Shown here in pieces: positions 8,398 to 14,708 of a DNA stretch of 22,724 nt. Positions within the stretch are counted from its first letter, which is position 1. The number at the start of each line of letters is the position of its first letter. The notes beneath the pieces are model-generated. The model saw only the letters and a list, made by a program, of their open reading frames with translations. It had not been told where the DNA came from and did no database searches. The translations under genes were made by a program, and so were the position numbers. The stretch is from Bdellovibrionia bacterium (GTDB lineage: Bacteria; Bdellovibrionota; UBA1018), in NCBI GenBank assembly GCA_045805065.1, contig JBJMMA010000209.1, positions 1-22,724 of the forward strand, read 5' to 3'.

Positions 8398-9294
8398 ATG
8401 GATCTCAATTCCACTCATTATTTTGTCCAGGTCGTCCAGGCAGGAAGTTTCGCACAAGCTTCGCGCATGCTTCATGTTCCCAAATCCACCTTAAGCGACA
8501 AGGTTTCCGAGCTCGAAGAAGAGCTGGGCGTTGCGCTGCTTACCCGCACCACAAGAAAGCTCAGCCTTACGGAAGCCGGAGAGAACTTTTACAAAAAGAT
8601 CAGACCCGCGCTCCTGGAGATTGATCAGGCGCGCGATGAGACCTCAGGACTTCAGACTGCGGTGCGCGGGAGACTGAGAATTACCGCGGTCGCGGGCCTC
8701 GAAGCCACAAGCATCGTGGATGTGCTCGTTAAGTTCAGAAAGAAATATCCTGAGATCAAGCTGGATCTGCTCTTCACGGATCGCGTCGTCGATCTTGTGG
8801 GAGAGGGTTTTGATATCGCCATCCGCGGGGGAACCCTTGAGGACTCAACGCTCATCTCTAAGAAGATCGGAACTTCAAGCTTTGGTCTTTTCGCGAACCC
8901 TAAATACATCAAGGAGAATGGTGTTCCCAGGTACCCCAAGGATTTAGAAAAGCACTCTTGCATTCACTTCACCGCACTTGGTCCAGAACCTATCTGGGAA
9001 CTTGAAAGTGAAGCAGGGAAAAAGGCAAAAATTGAGATCTCAGGATCTGCATCCGCAAATTCAGTCGCTTCACTCAAGCGCTTGGTTGAGCTTGGCGAAG
9101 GCATCGCGCTTTTACCGATCTTTCACGGCAAAAAAGAAAACGGTCGCGGCGCCTTGGTTCGAGTGCTTCCTGATTGGACAACCGAGTCCATGCCGGTGCA
9201 TCTGGTTTATCCAAAGCAAAAGCATGTCAACCCGCGCATTCGCGAAGTCATCCCCTATCTTGAGGAAGGACTTCGCGAGCTGTCGCTGATTTGA
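8398..9294 (+). CDS. LysR family regulator (CrgA-like)
   Basis: N-terminal HTH GSFAQAS...LEEELGVALLTRTTRKLSLTEAG; DRVVDLVGEGFDIAIR. Confidence 0.95.
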   Translation: MDLNSTHYFVQVVQAGSFAQASRMLHVPKSTLSDKVSELEEELGVALLTRTTRKLSLTEAGENFYKKIRPALLEIDQARDETSGLQTAVRGRLRITAVAGLEATSIVDVLVKFRKKYPEIKLDLLFTDRVVDLVGEGFDIAIRGGTLEDSTLISKKIGTSSFGLFANPKYIKENGVPRYPKDLEKHSCIHFTALGPEPIWELESEAGKKAKIEISGSASANSVASLKRLVELGEGIALLPIFHGKKENGRGALVRVLPDWTTESMPVHLVYPKQKHVNPRIREVIPYLEEGLRELSLI

Positions 9295-9295
9295 T

Positions 9296-9556
9296 TTATC
9301 GAGCTGCTGCGCAACCAGCCGCAACTTGCATCACAAATTCATGTTGTGAGTATTTGCAGGTATAAAGGAGCTTATTGATCTGCTCAACAGAGCGATCTTC
9401 AAACATACCGCTGTTATATCGTTCAAGAAAACCGGCAATACAGACGTAATCCACTTTGCCTTCGTAGATCGGGCAAGCTGGAGCGCAGTAACCTGCTGCC
9501 TGAGCGGTAGTGATCATCGACATTGAGGTGAGAATCAGAGCTGTCAGGGTTCTCAT
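9296..9556 (-). CDS. Small secreted Cys-rich hypothetical protein
   Basis: MRTLTALIL...AQA signal peptide; GGAG upstream of ATG 9556; five Cys. Confidence 0.6.
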   Translation of the reverse strand: MRTLTALILTSMSMITTAQAAGYCAPACPIYEGKVDYVCIAGFLERYNSGMFEDRSVEQINKLLYTCKYSQHEFVMQVAAGCAAAR

Positions 9557-9693
9557 AAAATACTCCATGAATTCGGGTTATTTGGGGCGCGGCCCTTATA
9601 GCTTATCTGACACTTTTAGTCACCAATTTAATAAATTCTATTTAATTACCATAGTTTAACTTTGCCCTGACACTCAACTCTGGAACGAATGAA

Positions 9694-10434
9694 TTAAAAC
9701 TCCTCAACCAGATTGACCGAGTTACCGTTCATTGAACGGATATGGATAAGGTTCTCACCTGCTTCGGCCGCGCCCACCGCGACACGCGCTTCAAAGGGAC
9801 GATTGTGTGGCGTGCAAGGCACTCCTGGTTTTTGAGTCGCAAGTGGAAGGATTTCGATGATGCGTGAAGCGCGATGGAGCGTGACAACTCTCTGCAGATC
9901 GATGCAATCGCTTGAGAAGACACCGCTCAGGTGAACCACGGCCTGATTCCCATTTTTTTCAACGATGGCCGACTTGACTGGAGCATAGAGATTTTCGTCA
10001 GGTTGGGCAGTTCTTGTCGTTGCAATGGGAAGCGCACCGCGCGGCGTGTTCTTTCCGTCACCATTCACTTCAAAGATCTGATAGGCGCCAGCCGACATGA
10101 CTCCTAAGTCAACCGTATGAGAAAATGGCGTCATGACTGCAAGACAGAAGCAGCCTGTGTACACATAAGCCATCGCTGAGATGTAGATTCGATGAGAGCT
10201 GTGATCCACTCGAACAGCAGGCTGAACTGTCTTGTAGCAAGTACTTGGCAGCAGCCCAGAGATGACGATCTGTGCGTTGTCGTTATTGTCAAAGCCAGGA
10301 GGGGCAAAGATATAATCAGATTGAATGCTGATCAGCTTGGGAGGCTGGATGGTCTGGGCCGCAGAAGCAGTGGATGGAGCATTTAAAGAAATCGATGCCA
10401 GTACGGTAGACATCATCACGTAATTCAGCTTCAT
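9694..10434 (-). CDS. Secreted two-repeat beta-sandwich-like hypothetical protein
   Basis: Signal peptide; two similar halves (ISGLLPSTC / LSGVFSSDC) each with paired Cys; GAGGGG upstream. Confidence 0.8.
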   Translation of the reverse strand: MKLNYVMMSTVLASISLNAPSTASAAQTIQPPKLISIQSDYIFAPPGFDNNDNAQIVISGLLPSTCYKTVQPAVRVDHSSHRIYISAMAYVYTGCFCLAVMTPFSHTVDLGVMSAGAYQIFEVNGDGKNTPRGALPIATTRTAQPDENLYAPVKSAIVEKNGNQAVVHLSGVFSSDCIDLQRVVTLHRASRIIEILPLATQKPGVPCTPHNRPFEARVAVGAAEAGENLIHIRSMNGNSVNLVEEF

Positions 10435-10496
10435 AAACTTTTACCCCTCATTTGCATTTGAATGCGTTTTTAACTTCGTTTGATGACGTCGCCATG

Positions 10497-10513
10497 AGCA
10501 TCGGTTGTGCCAG
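10497..10513 (-). promoter_or_regulatory. Candidate sigma-54 promoter
   Basis: Minus strand CTGGCACAACCGATGCT, GG-N10-GC, about 63 bp upstream of the 10434 start. Confidence 0.55.
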
Positions 10514-10634
10514 CCGTCCGCTGCGATTTAGAGGCGTCTGAGCGCCAAGACGAGCCGAGCACGAGACAGAAACCGACTGAGAATGGGACAAAACGTCCCA
10601 GTGGAGCAGAAAGTGCATCGAGCTCATAACACCC

Positions 10635-11426
10635 ATGAGCTCAAATGCGTTTTTAGACCAGATTGACGAATTCTGGATCGCGTTAGCTTTCTTTGTCGTA
10701 CTCCTTGTCGTCACGCATCTATGGCACCGCCTCGGAATGAGGCGGCAAAATAAATATCCCGACGAAACAACCCACATCCTCGTGGGATTTATGCCGGGGG
10801 CCCTGGTCACACTATTGGCCTTGTTTTACGCCTTTGTCCTTTCGATGGCAGAAGTGCGCTTTGAAGCGAGAAGGCAGTTCATCGTCGATGAAGCAAGTTC
10901 CATCGAAGTCACCTACCTCAGAGCCAGGTTATTGCCTGAGCCCCAGCAAAGAGCACTGATTCCGCTCTTAAAGGATTACGTGAGATCAAGGATTGATTTC
11001 TACGGAGAGGATCGGACAGATGCAGAGATCAATGAGATTCGCACCCGAGTTACCCGACTTGAACTGCAGCTTTCCGAGCTGGCAAGTGATGCTGGAAATG
11101 CTCACCCTGCCAGTGTGCCAGTAGGACAATTCAATGATTCATTGACTCGAGCTTTTGTCGATCGCGAGGAACAGGTCGGGGCTTATGAGAATCGCGTCCC
11201 CAGCGTTGTGATCATCTTGCTTTTGATCGTGTCCACTCTTGTGATGGCATCTGTAGGCTATGCCGCTGGCGTCAGCGGTGGGAGACATCTGCTTTTCACG
11301 ACAACGCTTTCAGTTATTTTAGCGCTCACGCTCTTTGCGATCCTGGATATTGATCGCCCACGAAAAGGTCTGGCTCGGCTCGACCACAATAGCCTGATTC
11401 GAATCCGAGATGAGATCGTTCAATGA
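10635..11426 (+). CDS. DUF4239-like (bestrophin-like) membrane protein
   Basis: Four TM segments; RFEARRQFIVDEASSI and ILDIDRPRKG motifs. Confidence 0.8.
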   Translation: MSSNAFLDQIDEFWIALAFFVVLLVVTHLWHRLGMRRQNKYPDETTHILVGFMPGALVTLLALFYAFVLSMAEVRFEARRQFIVDEASSIEVTYLRARLLPEPQQRALIPLLKDYVRSRIDFYGEDRTDAEINEIRTRVTRLELQLSELASDAGNAHPASVPVGQFNDSLTRAFVDREEQVGAYENRVPSVVIILLLIVSTLVMASVGYAAGVSGGRHLLFTTTLSVILALTLFAILDIDRPRKGLARLDHNSLIRIRDEIVQ

Positions 11427-11453
11427 GGGCGGCATTTATATAAAGTGCCGCCC
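11427..11453. terminator. GC-rich hairpin between convergent genes
   Basis: GGGCGGCA / TGCCGCCC 8-bp stem right after the stop codon; no adjacent U-tract. Confidence 0.5.
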
Positions 11454-11481
11454 CCGGCTTTGTATTTACAGCTCTGAAAGA

Positions 11482-11826
11482 CTACTGATTCTTAACTTCT
11501 TCCTTCTTATCTTCTTTCTTTTCTTGGCGATCTGCTTTCAGGCGGCGCTTGGCTTCATGGCGCTTGCGACGGGCTTCTTTAAGAGCTTTCTTGTCTTTTT
11601 TGAGCTCTTCCCTATTTCCTGAAGCCTTGTCTTGAGCAACCTTCTCTTTTGCGGCCTTGACGTCTTCTTTGGCCTTGCTCAGGTCTTGCTTATCCTGATT
11701 GACCTTCTGCTGGTCAGCGCTCACAGCGCCGTCCTGAGCAAATGCTTGAGACATCATTGCGGGGCCAAAGGCCAGGCCCAGAACCATCATTGCTACTCTG
11801 ACTTGGGTTTGGATGGAGACTTTCAT
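11482..11826 (-). CDS. Secreted highly charged coiled-coil small protein
   Basis: Signal peptide ending AFA, K/E/D-rich; AGGAG upstream of ATG 11826 (start revised). Confidence 0.8.
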   Translation of the reverse strand: MKVSIQTQVRVAMMVLGLAFGPAMMSQAFAQDGAVSADQQKVNQDKQDLSKAKEDVKAAKEKVAQDKASGNREELKKDKKALKEARRKRHEAKRRLKADRQEKKEDKKEEVKNQ

Positions 11827-11997
11827 ACTGCTACTCCTTTTGAATCCAGGTTGATTCAAGTTGGTTTCAGGAAGAATCGCTCTTCCTGATATCCATTCAA
11901 CACCCGTTCTCGGTGTGCGCGCAAGACGGGAAAATTTCAACACTTTTTAGATAAGAAGTGTTTCGTTTTGCATCAGTGTGTCGCTGCGGACACAGCG

Positions 11998-12555
11998 CTA
12001 GCGCCGCCTAATTTCGTGCGGAAGAAGAACGCGACGTACTTGCTCCGATCCTTCTGGCGTCAGTCGATGAGACAGATCCAGGTGAATCCGCTGTTTCAGG
12101 AGCGCAAGATTGGGCCTGCCGCTTTTTTCCTTGGGAAAGCTTCGCTCGCGAGCAATCTGCATCAGGTAATAAATCGGCTCTTCCGTAATGAGCTCTTTCT
12201 CGTGATCCGTGTGCGAGCGCGAAATGAGCTCATTGAAGACAATGGAGAAATGATGATCGAGATGCCTGCGAATCCGCTTCTCACGCTTGTAATAAGTGAC
12301 AGGGATCACGCGCGCATCATAAAAGAGATGCGTGTACTGCGAAGAGATTTCCTCGGCAAAATAAATCGCGCGCTCCAGCGAGTCGGTATCCCACTCCTTT
12401 GCAGTGGAGAGATCAAAGCGGGCAAAGCGATCCGGCTTCCATTCAAAAAGCTCTTCCCAAAGCTGATCGACATGACCCGGTGGCGTCAGCTCGGGATTTT
12501 GGAGTGCCCGATTCAGTTGAAAGAGGACGCGGAGTTGTACGTCAGAAAATGCCAT
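11998..12555 (-). CDS. Hypothetical protein
   Basis: 185-aa ATG ORF co-oriented with neighbours and with natural composition; no family recognised. Confidence 0.6.
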   Translation of the reverse strand: MAFSDVQLRVLFQLNRALQNPELTPPGHVDQLWEELFEWKPDRFARFDLSTAKEWDTDSLERAIYFAEEISSQYTHLFYDARVIPVTYYKREKRIRRHLDHHFSIVFNELISRSHTDHEKELITEEPIYYLMQIARERSFPKEKSGRPNLALLKQRIHLDLSHRLTPEGSEQVRRVLLPHEIRRR

Positions 12556-12574
12556 GAGGCTTTATAGACCTGCG

Positions 12575-12610
12575 AAAAAAAGGCCAGCCGGCACTTGATA
12601 CCGACTGGCC
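12575..12610 (-). terminator. Intrinsic terminator
   Basis: Minus strand GGCCAGTCGG-loop-CCGGCTGGCC followed by T7. Confidence 0.85.
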
Positions 12611-12632
12611 CATTACTTTTGAAAAAGGCAGC

Positions 12633-12881
12633 TTATTTGGATTTCACATCAATGTCGGTTGCCGTCATCGTGTACTTGACGGTGGCCTTGGCTCCGACCT
12701 TCAGCTCGCCTTTGACCTTGGTGCTGGCGTCCTTCGCGATTTCCCACTTCTCATCACCTTTTTGAATCACAAGCTTCGTGTCCGATGCTTCAAGCACAGG
12801 ACCAGTGACTTGGTAGGTCTTGGTTGCGGCGAAAGATGCGCTGGCTGCGAAGGCAAGAGCGACGATTGCGAATTTTTTCAT
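12633..12881 (-). CDS. Small secreted OB-fold-like protein
   Basis: MKKFAIV...SFA signal; YQVTGPV...LKVGAKATVKY pattern; GGAG upstream. Confidence 0.85.
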   Translation of the reverse strand: MKKFAIVALAFAASASFAATKTYQVTGPVLEASDTKLVIQKGDEKWEIAKDASTKVKGELKVGAKATVKYTMTATDIDVKSK

Positions 12882-12948
12882 GATGTCTCCCGAATCAGTA
12901 AAAGTTAGAGTGAAAAACTGAATTCAGAATTACTTAGCCGAAGGAGCG

Positions 12949-14052
12949 TTATTCTGTCGAGCGCCGAATCCCTAAAGATCTCAGCAAAGAGTTCTCCAGG
13001 CATTCAAGAATGACGTGAGGAGCGACACGAGCCCGAAGCTTCCATCCCGTGGCGACGTATTGAATGATTCGCCTTTCTTCTGGAAAGGTTCCAACCTCAG
13101 GATGAAACTGAGTCGCAAAGCCTGCATTGCCAGGAAAATCGATGGATTTCACGATACGGCCGCGAGCCCCATTCGGCTCGATGTTATAGCCAGTCACTTT
13201 GAAGCGCGGCTGAATCTCCGACGAGTAAGCAGAATCAGAATTCACCGCGGCATGATGCGCATTCGTTGTCTTGAACCGCCGAGCTCCTGCTGCCGCCGCA
13301 AGCTCGCTTCCCTCTTCGGCAATCACTTCCACCGTTGAAAACTTTCCATTGAGGAACCGATGCTCATCTTCCGTCAGGTGCGCGATGTCGTCATGAAGCT
13401 CCGCTCCCTCCATGACTGCTGCGCGCTGAAGGGCGCCGCAGATATAAAAGACGCGACCCTTGCCGTTCTTAAGATATTCACGAAAGTAAGCGATGATTTC
13501 TTGATCCCGCTCCATACTGAGATCTCCCAGCGCCCGCCCGACCTCATTTCGCCCATACATCGCCGGGTGAACATCATCGCCCCCCATGCCGAGCTGGCCA
13601 TCCATCGTGTTCAGCCAAGAACGAAACGCTTTCATGTCTTGATCGCTGAGTACCGTTTCGAGTCCGATGGGGATCGCGTAAAGCCTTGGGCCTTCTTTCT
13701 CGAAAACTCCTGCCGCCATCGCAAGAAAGGTGGGTCCATCAGCCATTTGGGCCGGTCGGTTTAGTACAACAGCAACATTGGGATGCTCTGCGGTAGAATC
13801 AGGTAACTTTTTAAAAGACCCGCCTTGTACCGGAAACCCGAGCTCTTTCGTGCCTTCCATCGATGAATAAACAGGGCTGGATTTTATCGCTTTTGTGTAT
13901 CGGCGGACAAACTGACTGAGCGCCATGTTGCGGATTTTTGGGAGAATGAACTTTACGCCGTTCGCATGAGGCTGCCAAACAACGACGCCTTCCATTTCGG
14001 CGTGCGCAGTGAGCGTGAAGACACAGACGATGAATAAAAATACGAACCTCAT
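12949..14052 (-). CDS. Peptidase C26 / PuuD-like gamma-glutamyl hydrolase with N-terminal signal peptide
   Basis: GGDDVHP, RD...E, ICGALQ (Cys nucleophile), NAHHAAV, QFHPE motifs. Confidence 0.8.
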   Translation of the reverse strand: MRFVFLFIVCVFTLTAHAEMEGVVVWQPHANGVKFILPKIRNMALSQFVRRYTKAIKSSPVYSSMEGTKELGFPVQGGSFKKLPDSTAEHPNVAVVLNRPAQMADGPTFLAMAAGVFEKEGPRLYAIPIGLETVLSDQDMKAFRSWLNTMDGQLGMGGDDVHPAMYGRNEVGRALGDLSMERDQEIIAYFREYLKNGKGRVFYICGALQRAAVMEGAELHDDIAHLTEDEHRFLNGKFSTVEVIAEEGSELAAAAGARRFKTTNAHHAAVNSDSAYSSEIQPRFKVTGYNIEPNGARGRIVKSIDFPGNAGFATQFHPEVGTFPEERRIIQYVATGWKLRARVAPHVILECLENSLLRSLGIRRSTE

Positions 14053-14213
14053 CGATAGCTCTTCGGCGCTTTTTCACGTTTTTGAGAGCTTCTTTGAGGT
14101 TCTCAGAAAATCACATCGCGTCATTCACAAAGATCGCTCAATGACTGGCCGCATTGGCGGAGCGCATCCATAGCTTTTTCTCGCTATGCGTCGGGCCTCG
14201 GATCGGCAAAACT

Positions 14214-14260
14214 ACTCAACATTTTGTGTGTCCAAACTTTTGTACCACTACTAATTGACA
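14214..14260. promoter_or_regulatory. Tandem NrdR boxes
   Basis: ACTCAACATTTTGTGT (14214-14229) fits acaCwAtATaTwGtgt; weaker CCACTACTAATTGACA (14245-14260) lies 31 bp downstream; upstream of nrdA. Confidence 0.65.
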
Positions 14261-14284
14261 GTTCGTCGGGCGGTCGTCTAAATT
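14255..14284 (+). promoter_or_regulatory. Sigma-70 type promoter of nrdAB
   Basis: TTGACA (14255-14260), 18 bp, TAAATT (14279-14284). Confidence 0.6.
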
Positions 14285-14296
14285 TAGAGTTACAAG

Positions 14297-14538
14297 AATT
14301 CGTAGTCGGAAGGCATGAAACTCAGTGAAAATTGAGGCTTTTCGACGCGAGTTTAAGTGGGGACCAGTAGGGAAATGTGGAGACTGCCTCCGGCCTTTCG
14401 ATGAGTCAAGAACGATTCAAAAGATTCGGCTAACGCAGCATTTCAAAGGCCTGTCTGACTTTCCCAAACATTGAGCAGTACCCAGCAGTTTCAGAAGTAC
14501 CCGTAGAAGTTGAAGTTGAGTTGTCCTTATGCCCCCAC
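14297..14538 (+). ncRNA. Structured cis-acting leader RNA upstream of nrdA
   Basis: Long G-U-containing hairpin with GAAA loop (14297-14353) and a nested multi-stem domain (14357-14538), paired by hand. Confidence 0.6.
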
Positions 14539-14543
14539 CCCGT

Positions 14544-14597
14544 GGTGAGTCAGGTGAGTCAGGTGAGTCAGGTGAGTCAGGTGAGTCAGGTGAGTCA
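14544..14597. repeat. Six perfect tandem copies of GGTGAGTCA
   Basis: Read directly; 54 bp. Confidence 0.98.
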
Positions 14598-14708
14598 CGT
14601 AAGGGCAGCAAGTAGTTAAGAGCAGAGCAGAATTAGTGAAGCGAGTTGTAGGGCGTCAAAAGTTTGTCAGAATTTCGAAAGATTTGAGATTCAAGGAGGA
14701 AAGTTAAT

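Noticed and set aside
11968..12567. Plus-strand 199-aa ORF
   Set aside because: Fully overlaps the minus-strand ATG ORF that matches the local gene orientation; TTG start without SD.
14355..14392. Canonical cobalamin riboswitch (AGGGAA and GGAGACTGCC fragments)
   Set aside because: The conserved order and the GCCCCCGCAACTGT/GCCACTG core elements were not found; kept only as a hypothesis for cmscan.
14544..14597. AP-1 sites (TGAGTCA)
   Set aside because: Eukaryotic motif with no relevance in this bacterial context.
14417..14611. Minus-strand ORF with (DSP)n repeats
   Set aside because: Antisense to the nrdA leader, TTG start, no evident SD; by-product of the 9-bp repeat.
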